In this document: positions 39,298 through 53,400 of the stretch, piece by piece | Layout: every line of letters begins with the position of its first letter | Position numbering within the stretch: the first letter of the stretch is position 1 | NCBI GenBank assembly: GCA_002189035.1 | Contig: NEEC01000013.1 | Span: 1,426,001-1,490,000 of the forward strand | DNA from: Utricularia gibba | Lineage: Eukaryota > Plantae > Magnoliophyta | Length of the DNA stretch: 64,000 nucleotides | Direction: 5' to 3' | Position numbers and translations under genes: made by a program | Notes under the pieces: model-generated | Told to the model about the DNA's origin: nothing | The model's database searches: none | Seen by the model: the letters and a program-made list of their open reading frames with translations, nothing else

Positions 39298-40390
39298 CTA
39301 GTTTTTTATGGGATAAGAAGAATCCATGGCGATTCCGCAGAGTCCTTTGGAATTGCGGGTGCTCCTTTTCATCAGAATGTATCCTCCATCTCCCCATCCA
39401 GTGCCCCATGAATTCTTCACTATCCAATATTTAGTCGAACCAGATGTCCCATACCCGACTGCGGTCACGCCATGATCCAACTGCGTGCCGCATGGTCCAG
39501 TGAAGATTCCGCTTTGATAGAACTGGAATGCGGATCCGGCAGCATCTATGGACACGGAAACGGGTTGGTTCGCCACTGCAGCTAGTAACGCGGACGCGTT
39601 GTCGGCAGGGACGCTCTCGTAGCCGGAGATGGTGGAAACTACCTGTTGGCTTTCGCCGGCATTGCAGGTTCCATCGGCGGCTGTGTATGGATAGTTGGAT
39701 TCGGATGTTATGCCTCCGTTGTTTATGATGTATTGGAATCCGTTTTGCATTTCCCCGCCTTCACAGCCGTAGTCTGTTTTGTCACAATCCACGAGCTGCT
39801 GCTCGGACAAGGAGATGAGGTTTCCTGTTTTGATTTGGACGATCCCTTCTACCGCAGCTACTGTCGAGAATGCCCAACAACTGCCTGCATCATCCGATTC
39901 ACATTTATTCACTATTCAAGATTAAGGGACTTAACCGAAAAGGGTTTAGAATCTAAGGGTTAATTTTCGTACCACACTGGCCTTGATCCTTGACGGGAGT
40001 TACGGCGCCCAACGCCGTCCAGTTGACGCTCGCCGGAAGTTGCAGGGGATCCACATTCGCATAGCGGAACGGGGTGGCTGTCCGTGGCCTTTGCTCATAC
40101 TTGTTTCTAGAAGCACGAAATTCCTCATTAGTTAGATCAGCAAAAGCGTTCTCCCCAAGCGTGTAAGAGAGCCCGGCGGCGTTCACAGAATCGATGAACT
40201 CGACATTGCTCTTGAAGATCTGAAACCTCTCAGCCTTCACTGCTTCGTTCTTGTATACACGGCCATGTCGCTGCATCCATCTCTCGTGTCGAGCGATCAT
40301 CTCGGCCTCGGAGTTTGGTCTGGCCTCAACATGGAAGGCCACTGCAACCAGCAGCCCCAGCACCGCGATGCAAGCAACCTTGAATCCCAT
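39298..40390 (-). CDS. P10: papain-like cysteine protease, 334 aa. Exons 40390-39973, 39884-39298
   Basis: DQGQCG|SCWAFS, LDHGV, KNSWG, ends SYPIKN*; 88-bp intron. Confidence 0.95.
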
Positions 40391-42487
40391 TGCTGGAGAT
40401 GCTTCAAATTGTTATACAAGAGAATTGATGTGTATCAAGGTGGAATAGAAAAGGGTATTTATAGATTCTGATCGAAGATCAATCAAAAACCCTAGGAAGT
40501 AGCCATGGTATTTTCTTTCCAAATTACTTAAACTGGTCAGTGTCTATGTACAATACAAAACCGTCGACTTCAATGGCACCCAAATTTCAATATATTGGGG
40601 CTGTTGTGTGTTATTAATTTCTTTAATTGATTTTATTTAATTTCTTTAATATTTTGATCTTTAATTATTTTTTAATAAAGTTAGAAATTTCGATTCTATG
40701 AATAAACTTAAAAATTATTGAATTTATTAACTCTCTGTTTAAAAGATTAAATAAAAATTAATTCAAAAAATATATTATTTACTTTTCATCTATTTTAAAA
40801 TACATTATATCGTAATATTAAATTATATAATACTTTAATATATTAAAGTATACAAATATGTATTTCAATTTATTAATTTTATAATATAATTTTATGTTAT
40901 TCCATAAAACAGTTTTACAATTTTAAATTCCTTATATTCATATAATCTTAAATCTGATTAAATTTTACATAATCTGAAGTTTAAATTAAAAAGCAGAGCA
41001 GTTTCATGATGTGATAAAAAATTTGATTTTTGATGGATAAGTTTTTTTTTTCTTTTCAAAAACTGCTGAAAATAGAAAACCTTCCCCGACTCGAAAATCA
41101 ATCAACATTTATTGTAAAAATGAGAGCTTTGAAGATCCTGTTTCTTGGATTCTTCGTCTTTGTTTGCCATATCTTTGTTTTGAGGGGCTTCAAAAGCAAA
41201 ATTGGGTGGAGTCTTCATCTTGGTCCACTGTTTGAATCTTGGCACAAAGCATTTAAGACAGAATTCGAGAATCATTTAAAAGCCCACAGGACCCTGATCT
41301 TTGAACGGGATTTTTCATCTTTATGCTCAATAACCATCATGCTTTGAGGGTTTCGAATCACATTGTCTGAAAAAGGTGTTCTCCATATTCGGCCAAAACA
41401 ACGCATCTTAGTATGCACGCAAGAGGTTCTCATTCCATTCTTTGACCAAATGTTGGAATGTACTATATCACTTGCAGTCGATGAACGTATTTTTCTAGTT
41501 GTTTGGGAATATTTGCTATTTGAACGTTGATGTGGGCAGAGGAATCAAACCCTTCCATTAATGTAATCACTCTTGAGTTATGCTCGTCAAGTTGGTGAAT
41601 GGTTTTTAATCGAATCGCTGAAATTAATTCTTTAGTTTACAATATGATGCTCGGAATTAAACACACGCTGTTCATTTTGTCTGCCCCAACCCAGAATTTA
41701 AAAATGGTCCAACCAACATATTTAAATGGCCCAGCCCATATTTTAACAATGGCTCAATTCACACAATGCATGATCTACCCCATAGAAGAAAGTCGGCCAA
41801 GCCCAAACATTTAACGAAGGCTCAAATTAGAGATAAATATATCCCGACCCATATAATGACATGGCCCCGCCCGTAATTTTACCATGGTTAAACCCGCATA
41901 TTCAAAAAAAAATGTTTTTCTTCATGTCAACAAATAATTATATGCCTCAACAGTCAAGAGGCATGCAATCGAAGGTCTCAACAGTAAAGCCCTCCCTTTT
42001 GAATATGTCATTCATTAGAATATATTTTGGTCTTCAATACTCATTAATAGGCAATGAAATCCAAAAATTGTGGTAATGGAACATGCCCTAATGCTTGAAT
42101 ATAAAGTGATCATTTTTTAACATAATATCTGATATTTGATCAAATTTATAATTCATTCCAAGTTTTGAATTTTTTACCATGGTCAATGGGTAGTAATTAA
42201 TAAAGTTCACCATATCGTTCCATGATTAAAGCATCATGTAGCTAAAGACGCCCGACCGTTAGGACGCCAAGATTCATGCACTACTCGTGCAAGGCACGCA
42301 TGGTGCTGCCACGCCTGTTTCTGTTATTTTACCGTTAGTTACGTATTGCTTTTGGTTTTCCCAGTGAGTATAAATGTGCGACTCACTGCTGTGTTTTTTG
42401 AGTGCGACTTGTGAACTCTTTCTTGCTTATTTGATTTCTGCTATTATCATCAAGGCTAGAAGCCCCGATCAGAATCACATTTGTTTA

Positions 42488-42505
42488 TGGTGCGGTGAGC
42501 GTGGA
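42488..42505 (+). promoter_or_regulatory. Primer-binding site complementary to the 3' end of tRNA-Phe(GAA)
   Basis: TGGTGCGGTGAGCGTGGA is the reverse complement of ...UCCACGCUCACCGCACCA, the 3' end of plant cytosolic tRNA-Phe as I recall it. Confidence 0.8.
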
Positions 42506-42543
42506 GGAGCCGCAACCTTCACCTCCTTCGTCAACGTGTTGTA

Positions 42544-45500
42544 ATGGAAGAGATCACTCCAGGTGCTTCCGTGATTCGATCAGCCTTTACCGGTGTAGAG
42601 TTGGACAGAGCCGATCCTCTTCATCTTAGCGGTTCTGATCATCCGAATGCTTCGCTGGTAAGTGAGCTTCTCACTACCCGCAATTACTTCAATTGGAGAC
42701 GCGGCGTTCGCTTAGCACTTGGAGCCAAAAACAAGCTCAGACTTATATCCGGTGATGTTAAGAAACCATCGGCGACAGATCCTAGTTATGGCCTTTGGTT
42801 ACGCAACGATTTCATGGTCATGTCATGGCTTTTGAACTCCATCTCCAAAGAGTTAGTGTCCAGTTTTACCAGTTGCGATAGCTCCTACGATCTCTGGAAA
42901 ACGTTAGAGGCACATTATGGTCAAATGAATAGCAACATGATTTATCAAGTGCAATTTGATCTCTATAACCTAAAGCAAGGCGAGATGAGCATTGCGGAGT
43001 ATTATACCAAGCTCAATGCGCTATGGAAGGATCTAGACTCTCTATTCCCAGATATCAAGTGTGATCGTTGCAATGCATCTGTTGGAGGAGACAAATTTTT
43101 TGGGAGCATGAAGCTCACACAATTTTTGATTGGTTTAGACGCCAAATATGATGGAACTCGAAATCAAATACTGGCCATGGATGATTCTATGAGTGTGTCT
43201 TGAGCTTATGCAGCCCTACTCAATGTGGAGCAGCAGCTCAGCAAGCGGCACTCTGAAGGAGTCAATATCCACACAGATTCTGCCATGCTTGCGAAGCCCA
43301 CTCAGTTTCAGGGCACATCACACTTAGGTCCAGGTCAGAAACGAGATAACCGTTATTGCGTGATATGTAAAAAATCTGGGCACATGCAGGACACCTGTTT
43401 CACAGTCAAGGAGCCGCCCCCTTGGTGGCGGAAGAAAGGAGGAAAACAACAGGGCTCATTTCAGAAAAACTTGCAGACTTATGCTCCTCAGCAGTCATTC
43501 CCACCGTGGGGTTCTTACCAACCATCAGCACATTGTGTGGAAAGCCCTCTTGATGAACATTTGACCCCTAGTAACACTGCTGATAATACCTCTGGTTACA
43601 CGGAATCTTTGCAGCTCATTCAACATGAGTTGGGGAAATTACTCAGTGCTAGTACTCTGCCACCCACCTCATCATCAGGCCAACAGAGTATCAATCTTTC
43701 CAAAATGGAATTTGCAGGTATGTCCACTGTAGAATTGTGTCTAACAAGTGATGTTCATGCCAATTTCGTGTGCAATTCCTGGGAATGGATAGTGGATTCG
43801 GGGGCTACCACACATATTGGGTACTCTGATATGTGCTTCAACTCTTTGAGGCCAGTTGGTACGGTGCGGGTCAATCTCCCGAATGGTCAATCAGTTGCTG
43901 TCGCCAGCATCGGTGATGTCACTCTGGCAGGCACTTTGACCTTAAAGGACACCCTATTCGTCCCTCATTTCCGATACAATCTGCTCTCTGTGCAGAAATT
44001 AGCTGCAGATACTCGTATTCTTGTTGTTTTCTCCAGCCACTACTGTCTACTGCATGACCAGGATACCAGTGAGATACTTGCTGTTGGAAGGGTAAAGGAT
44101 GGCCTATATGTGCTCGATAAGAGATCTTTTTCACCAGCTTTGCTTGCTGCGTTCTCAACGAAGACAGGAGGAATAGAGGTGCTGAAAGATAAATTGGTGA
44201 ATGTTCTATTGCCCAAATTGTGTTTCTTTGCTGATTCAAATAATGTCACGCACGACAACCTGTTATGGCACTGTCGGCTTGGCCACATTTCTGAGTCCAA
44301 GGCTAAACATGTGACTGTTGCTTGTGACTTGAAGGGTGCACCCTGTGACATCTGCCAATTTTCGAAATTTCACAGACTCCCTTTTCAATTGAATCAGTCA
44401 CGTGCACCTCATGCCCTCTACCTACTCCATTGCGATTTGTGGGGTCCCTACAAGCATGCCACTCTCACTGGTAATCGATACTTTCTTACCATCATTGACG
44501 ATCACACGCGTGCCACATGGACCTTCTTGCTCAAGTCTAAGACAGGGGTCGATCAGTATTTGCATGCCTTTCTCACTTATGGCCAGAATCATTTTGGCCA
44601 CACCTGCAAGCACCTTCGATCAGATAAAGGTGGTGAGTTTTTGAACATGCAGCTGCAGCGTTTATGTGCTGAAAAAGGGATTCAGCATCAATTTTCGTGC
44701 ACCAAACGCCCGCAGCAAAATGCACGTGTGGAGCGCAAGCATAAGCACCTCTTGGAAGTCACTAGGGCATTAATGTTTCAGGCGGGTCTTCCTCCTATGT
44801 TCTGGGGGGAGGCTGTCCTCACAGCAACCCATATTATAAACCGTCTGCCCTCCTCTGTCTTAGGCTGGAAAACGCCCTTTGAGGTTCTGATGCACTCTGT
44901 GCCTTGCTTAGATCACCTGAAAGTTTTTGGCTGCCTTGCATATGCTCTTGTTTCCAATGCTCATTCTGATAAATTGGGACCTCGGGCTCGCAAGTGCATA
45001 TTTCTCGGTTATCCCATGGATCACAAGGGATATAAGCTCTATGATTTAAATACCAAAGAGCTCTTTGTGTCACGGGATGTTAAATTATATGAGCTAGTCT
45101 ATCCCCTCAAACATGGGTCCACTGACATTGATTCACTTGATGTTCTGTTGCCTTTATACCAACCGGTTGATAATTCTGATGATCCTGGATTCATGGCTGA
45201 TCTTGGGGACAGCACTGCTTCTTCCCTCAATCAGCATCCTGAAGCTGAGATAGATGATGATCTGCAAGCACGCAATGGGGTGATCTGCCTTCCTTTCATT
45301 CTGATATACCTGATCCTTTAGACAGTGCAAGGTCTGCCTCGGCAGAGCATCCTACTGAGGATCTTGGGAAAGCTACTGATTTGTCTCCTGCCCATTCTCC
45401 TCTCCGAAATCATGGAAACAACACCATATTGCGTCTTAGTGGGAGGGCTGCACACCCACCTGCATGGTTGGATGCCTATTACACTTATCAGGTGAATCTC

Positions 45501-47060
45501 AGTTGTCCTGAAGAGCCTTACTTCATACAGGAACCCCGCAACTATAAGGAGGCATCCCAAGATCAGCGTTGGTGTGATGCCATGCGTGAAGAGATTGGGG
45601 CCTTGGAGACTAATCAAACCTGGAAAATCGTCCCTCTACCTGATGGTAAACATGTTGTTGGCTGTAAATGGGTTTACAAGATTAAGAGACTGTCTAATGG
45701 GGGGATTGAACGGTACAAAGCTCGCCTAGTTGCTAAGGGATACACCTAAGTTGAAGGAATAGACTTTCATGAGAGCTTTGCCCCTGTGGCTAAAGCTACT
45801 ACTATCCGTCTTCTATTAGCCTTGGCAGCAACGCATCAGTGGCATATCCACCAAGTGGATGTGAACAATGCCTTTTTACATGGTCACTTGGATGAAGAAA
45901 TTTTTATGGCTGTTCCAGAGGGTGTTTCATGTCAACCTGGGGATGTTTGCCTATTGCAGAAATCACTCTATGGCCTTAAGCAGGCCTCCAGGCAGTGGAA
46001 TGTGGAGTTGACGCGTTATTTGCTCACTCTTCAATTTATTCAAGCAGCTTCTGATGCTTGCCTCTTTGTACGTCGAGGCTCTGATTTTTTGGCGCTCTTA
46101 GTCTATGTCGACGACATCTTAATTGTTGGATCCTCGCTGAATGCAGTTAATGCCTTAAAATCAGCACTACATTCTCGCTTTAAGATCAAGGACCTTGGCT
46201 CTGCACATTATTTTTTGGGTATTGAATTACTTGCGCGACCTGATGGTTTATTTCTCTCGCAGAAGAGATACCTCGCTGATATTCTATCCAGCTTTGATTC
46301 CTCTATGTTGCGGGCAGCGCCTACCCCTATGTCTCGCAGCTACAAATTCTCTATTGATCCTTCAGAACCCTATTTCCCTGAGGAATATTGATCACTTGTT
46401 GGGAAGTTGCTGTATCTCGGCTTCACTCGTCCTGATATCTCGTTCGTTGTGCAGCAGTTGTCTCAGTTTGTGCATTCTCCCAGTGTTGAGCATTGGGTTG
46501 CACTCAAGCTGTTAATTCATTATCTCCACTCCACTGCTGCGTACGGACTTTTATATCCTTACAGTAGTGATGGCCACCTCGAGGTATATTGCGATGCGGA
46601 TTGGGGTGCCTGCCCCCTTACGCGTCGTTCTGTTACTGGTTACTGTGTGTTCCTAGGTGGCTGCTTGATCTCTTGGAAAACTAAGAAACAACACACTGTC
46701 TCTCGCTCCTCTGCAGAGGCAGAGTACCGCTCTCTGGCCACCACCACGGTGGAACTGCTCTGGATATCCTATGTCTTCCGTGACCTCGCTCAACCTCTGC
46801 ACCTTCCAATCCCGTTGTGGTGTGACAGTCAGTCGGCCATTCACATCGCTGCCAACCCTGTATTCCACGAACGGACTAAACACATCGATATTGACTGTCA
46901 CTTGGTTAGAGACCAATATAAGTCTGGGTTTCTTGTGCCGTCCTTCGTGCCGTCTCGCTTGCAGTGGCTGACATTTTCACCAAGGCCCTGGACGCCTTGC
47001 CTTTCAGGTGTATCGTTGGCAAGCTCGGTCTCTGCTCTCCTGAGCCTTCGCTTGAGGAGG
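42544..47060 (+). pseudogene. Copia gag-pol polyprotein, disrupted
   Basis: Copia gag N-terminus (DPLHLSGSDHP), CCHC knuckle, protease WIVDSGAT, GAG-pre-integrase WHCRLGH, integrase, RT YVDD and RNaseH (CDADW, ADIFTKAL). In-frame stops at 43201, 45747 and 46389, plus frameshifts near 45300 and 46965. Confidence 0.92.
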
Positions 47061-47395
47061 GGGAAAGACGCCGGACCGTTAGGACGCCAAGATTCACGCA
47101 CTACTCGTGCAAGGCACGCATGGTGCTGCCACGCCTGTTTCTTTTATTTTCCCGTTAGTTACGTATTGCTTTTGGTTTTCCCAATGAGTATAAATGTGCG
47201 ACTCACTGCTGTGTTTTTTGAGTGCGACTTGTGAACTCTTTCTTGCTTATTTGATTTCTGCTATTATCATCGAGGCTAGAAGCCCCGATCAGAATCACAT
47301 TTGTTTAGTAGCGCATTAAACAACAATTATTTTTGTAGGTTACGACTTATTCGGCATGGCCTGCATGCGACATATGACAGTGATGAAGTATCACG

Positions 47396-48476
47396 TTATG
47401 CTACTGGATATGAAGCCCATGTGGCTATTCCACACATTCCAGGACCTCCAGCGCCTCTCTGGATCAAGATGTATCCATTTAGTCCCCACCATGTTCCCCA
47501 CGAATTCTTCACTAGCCAATACTGTTTGGATCCGAGAGTCCCGTATCCTACGACGGTAACCCCGTGGTCGACGTTTGTCCCGCAATTTGGTGAACTGAAT
47601 ACTCCGCTGGAGTAGAATTGAAAATCCGATGAATCGGCTTCGATCGCGACGGAAACGGGCTGATGCGCCACCGCGCATTGCAGCGCGGTCTCGTTGTTTT
47701 GGGGAACATACTGGTAGCCCACGAGGGTGGCCGCAACCGGTGTCATTCTACTGGGGATGCATGACGCTAGATTCACATTGTAGGGGTAGGTTGCTTCGGA
47801 TACGACGCCGTTTTGCATTATGAAGTAAAAACCATCATCCATTGACCCACCGTTGCATCCTTCGCCATCCTGATTGCAGCTTACAAGCTCTTGCTCAGAT
47901 AACGAAATTAGGGCACCGGTTCTGATCTTGTGGATGCCTTCTGTGGCTGCGATGGCGGAGAAAGCCCAGCAACTACCTGCATTACAGACTTATCTTTTAT
48001 ATCCATAAACAGCACCTTTACTAGCAACACGCGTGAAGACTTCATTTTTTCTTACCACACTGGCCTTGATCCTTGACGGGAGTGACGGCACCCAACGCCG
48101 TCCAGTTGATGCTCGAGGGAATCGCTTGTTGGTTGACGTTCGCGTAACGGAAAGGGGTGGCAGTATGCTGCTCCGGTCGTACGAACCTGTTCCTGGATGC
48201 ACGAAACTCCTCGTTGGTGAGATCAGCAAAGGCGTTCTCGCCGAGCTTGTAGGAAAGGCCGGCGGCATTAACAGAATCGATGTACTCCGCGTTGCTCTTG
48301 AAGATTTGGTATCTCTTAGTCTTCTCCGCTTCGTCCTTGTATACACGGCCGTGTCGCTGCATCCAGCTCTCGTGCCTCGCCATCATCTCCGCTTCTGGGG
48401 TTGATCTCGACTCCGCCTCGTAAGTGAAAGCTCCCAGCAAAACGATCAACGCAACAAAAACAAACTTAGATCCCAT
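47396..48476 (-). CDS. P11: papain-like cysteine protease, 333 aa, sister of P9. Exons 48476-48056, 47976-47396
   Basis: DQGQCG|SCWAFS, VDHGV, KNSWG; 79-bp intron. The copia is inserted about 85 bp beyond the stop codon. Confidence 0.93.
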
Positions 48477-50431
48477 TTTTTCAGCTATCTTTGGAAATGC
48501 TAACAACACAAGTAGCGGGAACACAAGTATGGGAATTGAAGCGAAGTAGGCTAAGGTATTTATAGAGGGTGATCCACGCATCAATCTCGTACAAACAACG
48601 TGGGTCAAAAACCCTACCAAAATAGACATAAGGAATATAATCCCCTAAATATCATTCGTAGTTGTGTACTTAATTTTGAAAAAAAAAAAAAAGCCATGTT
48701 GTATTTTAAACGTCCGGTTATATTTTAATATAATTAAAAATTCTAATAAAATAAGAAATTATATATATCTGATATTGTTATTTAAAAATAATTATTTTTC
48801 ATAATTGATTAATATTTGGAATGTAGAATCAATTTACTAGAATATATTTGATTTTAGTAGGATGAAATTGTTTTTCAAACGATACCTTACATTGCTTCAT
48901 TCCCTTAATTAATCTAAGATGTTTACTCATTAACTAAATCATATATACAAACAGATCCCTTATACTCATCTAAACCTAAATAATTTAAACATTTCGTTTT
49001 TTAATTTCGTAAACCAAATACTCCCCAAGTATTTATGCTTGATAATATACGAAAAAAAGAAAAGAATAAAGTGCGGCGAGATACAAACTTAAAATCAATC
49101 AGGCCAGTGCACAATCTGATTATGGGATTAACATTTATGGCCTACTTTGAAAAATTCGCCTACCCTAGTTGTTATTATTAAATAGAGTTTTTTAAAATTC
49201 ATGCACGTGACAAAACTATCATTCCTGATTCACATTTTCGAGTTCGTATCTGATCTCTAACTCTAGAATTTGGTAATTCCTTGGGAACACATTCTGCAGG
49301 TAGAATTTGTGTATCTCAATTGGATTTATTATAAAAAAAATTCAATTATTTTTACATCACAATTCACCTAATTATGAGAAAATTGTAAAAACAATATTTC
49401 AAGTTTCAGTCAATATAAAGAATTTAACTGCAAAGTTGTGAAAGCTGTACAATAAAGGTATAAACAGTTTTCCAAACTTATAAAAAATGAATTAATTCAT
49501 GATATCATGAACCAGTTTTGATTTCAAATCTGATAAAATTTCGTGTTAGAGATTTTTGAATTCATATCTTAAGTTCGAAAAATCAAATGATATTTTTATT
49601 AAGGTTATATTGCATTTGTGTCTTGTAAGATTCAAAATGGTGATTGTTATATTGTGTTCATGTTTCATATAATTCAAAGTGATGATATTTATATCGCATT
49701 TAATTTGATCACAATTGTAATGGTATTAGGATCAAAACCACTTAATTTTGATAATATTATAAGTTAAATATATAATTTTATAAGTTTAAAGAAAAAATAG
49801 TTATAAAAAATAACTTGTAGGATATATAATCTAAATTTTAAAATTTGGGTATTAAACTTTCTTTATTATGGTCTTTGTGTAGGTTAATTTAGTCCACTTT
49901 AGGGTTATTCACCAAACGAATCCTCTAGTTGCCGGCTTGGAATGGGTCAACACGTGTCGCCCAGGTATAGGCTTTGAAAGTTCAAATTCCGCGACTATCT
50001 TCTTTTGATTGCATGAAATATTCCCTCATAAAAGGTGAGATTAACGTGTTGGTTTAAACTGCTGCAAGTAAGCAGTATATGCTTTCAATTCAATGTTTTC
50101 CGGAATTGGTTTTTAAGTTTTTTTACTATTAAAAATAAAAAGTATTCGTTGATAAATATGTTAATAATTGAGTTATAAATAGTTTAAAATAGTAATTCCA
50201 TCACAATTATATAGAAAAAAAACATTACAACAGTAAAATAGAAATCATTGTTCGGATTCCGGTTCGGCTGAGGAATATGAATGTCCATAGAGTTACCTTC
50301 GGATCGCAACTCTAATTCAGTGTCAAAAGCATTGTATTATTAAGTGGAAAAAAAAGATTGAAAACAAGTCCTTGTCGCATTATGCCCCATCATTTGTTTT
50401 GTGCCGTAGTTTTTGAGGGTTTTTCTCTGTT

Positions 50432-50449
50432 CTAGTTTTTGATGGGATA
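50432..50449 (-). pseudogene. Displaced original 3' end of P12 (Y-P-I-K-N-stop)
   Basis: Matches the P10 end; separated from the rest of P12 by the gypsy insertion. Confidence 0.9.
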
Positions 50450-53400
50450 TGATGAGCCCCAGGAAGATAATGAAGTGTATTTGAAGAATGATGAGGAGTT
50501 TGTTCAAGTGAACAAATTAGAAAGAAAGATGATTCCACCAGGACCAATGACTAGGAGCAAGACAAAGATAGTTGAAGATACAGTTAAGGGTCTACTCAAT
50601 ACCATTGGAATCAAACATGGGCTTGAAGACATCCCATCAAAAGAGCTCAACTACTTGAAGATGGACTTAACTTAGAGCATTGAGCTTGTTAGACTTTTCT
50701 ATTTCATTTAGTTTGGACTATGTAATGTTAGAGCCCAATTCTAGAGTATAAATACTCTAGAGATGTACTAATTCATGATCTTTGGTCATTTTATGTATCT
50801 TGTGAGGATTCCCCTCTCCTTTGAGTGCTTGAACACTCTTAACTTATCAAGCTTTGAGCTTGTGGCGTTCTAGGATTATCACTTCCAATCAATCTCTCTT
50901 TTCTGAAGTGTGGCTCCTAATTTTCTTTGTTTCGAAGTCTGGTTGCAAGAGATTTATTCTCTTGAGGGTAGACTTGGGTGGGTTCTCTTCTAAGCTTCAA
51001 AATCACCTCTTTTTTGTGGGTTGCTAATCTCTATAGATTAGAGGGTCACATCATTTTGATATCAGAGCTTTGGGTTCCTTATCCTTATTATTATCCAGTT
51101 CTTGTTTGAGTTCTTCCATTCCTGCCTATTCAAAAAAAAAAAAAAAAATCGTTCAAGCCAAGTCCTTATTACTTTTGGCTTTAGTACAAAAAAAAAAAGG
51201 GAGGTTCACAGGAAGTTGATTGAAGAAGAGCTCAAAATTGAGTGTCAATTGAATAGCAAGAACACATTGAATATCATTTTCAAGTGTGCAAGAGGATAAG
51301 GAGTGTGAAGTTGAACATCCATTACCCATCACTATCATCCATTATTATGTATGTTTAAATTGTGGCCCACCTCTCTACTTTTCCCATTCCACCAACCAAC
51401 CACTTTATTGTTGTTTTTCTTATCTTCAATTCCCATCCCTTGTCATTCACGTGTCCCCACCTTTCCATTTGACTATTCTCTTTGTTGATTGCCCATTCCT
51501 GTATTTCTATAGTTTAGCAAGCAACACATTTCGTGTGTAGTGCTCTATTCTCTGATTTCATCTGTTCTTACCTTGTTGTCCATCCTTCCTATTTATCTAT
51601 TCCAACAAGCAACCAATTTAATTTAAACACTTCACTTTGTCTCCATCTTGAGACTATTAATACTGCCACCCTCACCTAACTCCATCATTACACTATAATC
51701 AATACCAATCTGGAAGTGATTAATTCGTTAGATGCCATGAGAACAAGCATGATGACATTAAAGAGTGCATCAAGGACTTGAAGCTTGAGTATTGAGTGGT
51801 AAATCTTGTGTGTGTTTCTTTGTTCTTTTTAGTTTAGTCTCTTTTCTTCCTTGCTGCTCGTTTTCTTTTGTCCAGTATTTAGGATGTCAAATTCCAGAAG
51901 TGAGCATGAAAAGGATGACTCACCGGATGGGAGGTTCACTTTGAAAGCTATGCAACAGGAGTTCACTAGATTGCATCGCATTCTGGAAAACATAAATGTC
52001 AGGCTTGATGAACACGAAAATTCTTTGCAAAATGTTGCAAGAGCACGAAGACAAGATAATTATGCTGCTGGAAGGGGTCGAGGTAGTCAATTGCATCAAC
52101 GCATCAACACTGAACATGACTTAAGTGATCAACGAAGTGCAAGGACTGTTGGAAGAAGAGATCGAACCCTGAATACTGATGAAGAAGATGACTACATTGA
52201 ACATAGTGAAAATGATTTTGTGCATGGGGATACAAGAAGATTTCGAGATCAGGGAGGTAGAAGAGACGGAGGAAGAATTGGAAAGGATGTTAACAACATC
52301 AAGATGAAGATACCTCAATTTCAAGGAAAGAATGATCCAGATGCATATCTCCAATGGGAAACAAGAGTAGAACATGTCTTTGATTGCAACACCTTTTCTG
52401 ACGAAAAGAAAATCAGATTGGCCTCCATGGAATTTAGTGAGTATGCTATCATTTGGTGGGATCAATTGGTGGCTAAAAGAAGGATTGACTCTGAAGAACC
52501 AATTCACACTTGGGTTGAGATGAAAAGAGTTATGAGGAGGCGGTTTGTTCCAAACCATTACCAAAGAGATGTTTATCAACGTTTGCAAAATCTCAAGCAG
52601 GGCTCAAGGCCAGTGGAGGAATATTGGCAGGAAATGGAGATTTTAATGATTAGAGCTCATGTTCAGGAAGATAGAGAAGCAACTATGGCTAGGTTTCTTC
52701 ATGGGATGAATAATGAGATTGCAAATATTGTGGAGCTTCATCACTACATTGAGATGGAGGACATGATTCATATGGCCACAAAGGTTGAGAAACAACTATC
52801 TAGCAAGAGTTTCGCAAGAGATTTCAACAAGAGGACTTCTGGTTCGAAATTTGGGGGCACCAATGAGATGATGGAGAGAAATAAAGGGAAGTCATCCATG
52901 GAACACTTCAAATTCGACATCCAATCAAGTTCCAAGCAAGGGGAGCGAACAACACCTCCAAAGGGAACTACCAGAAACATAAAATGTTTCAAATGCTTGG
53001 GACTTGGACATATTGCTTCTGAATGCCCAAATAAACGAGCAATGGTGATTAGGGGCAATGGCGAAGTTGTTAGTGAAGATGATGATGATCTAGTGGAGAC
53101 AGAAGCTGAAGTGAGTGATGAGGATGAATTGCTTGTTTCTGGAGAAGTATTAGTCACTCGAAGGACGCTTAACATTGGGGTGAAGGATAATGATGAGCAA
53201 AGGGAGAACTTGTTTCAAACCCGATGCTTTGTTAATAGGAAAGTTTGCAGCCTGATTATTGATGGAGGTAGTTGCACCAATGTTGCTAGCAACATCTTGG
53301 TGGAGAAATTGGGACTACCCACCGTGAGGCATCCTAAGCCTTACAATCTGCAGTGGTTCAATGAAGGAAGTGAGGTAAAAGTTACCAAACAAGTGCTTGT

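Larger units (their letters stand above)
42243..47307 (+). mobile_element. Full-length decayed Ty1/copia retrotransposon (RE1/Ale-like) with non-canonical TA...TA ends
   Basis: LTRs 42243-42487 and 47063-47307 (245 bp, 7 differences); TSD GTAGC (42238-42242 and 47308-47312); PBS 42488-42505; PPT GAGGAGGGG before the 3' LTR; gag-PR-INT-RT-RNaseH order. Confidence 0.95.

Noticed and set aside
42488-42505. tRNA-Phe-like sequence as a tRNA gene
   Set aside because: Only 18 nt complementary to the 3' end including CCA, located next to an LTR; it is a primer-binding site.
5109-48608. W-box hexamers (TTGACY) near several promoters (5109, 5233, 8086, 13614, 37385, 48603)
   Set aside because: Such hexamers are expected about once per kb by chance, and strict matches are absent from the proximal P5-P8 promoters. 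An enrichment test would be needed.
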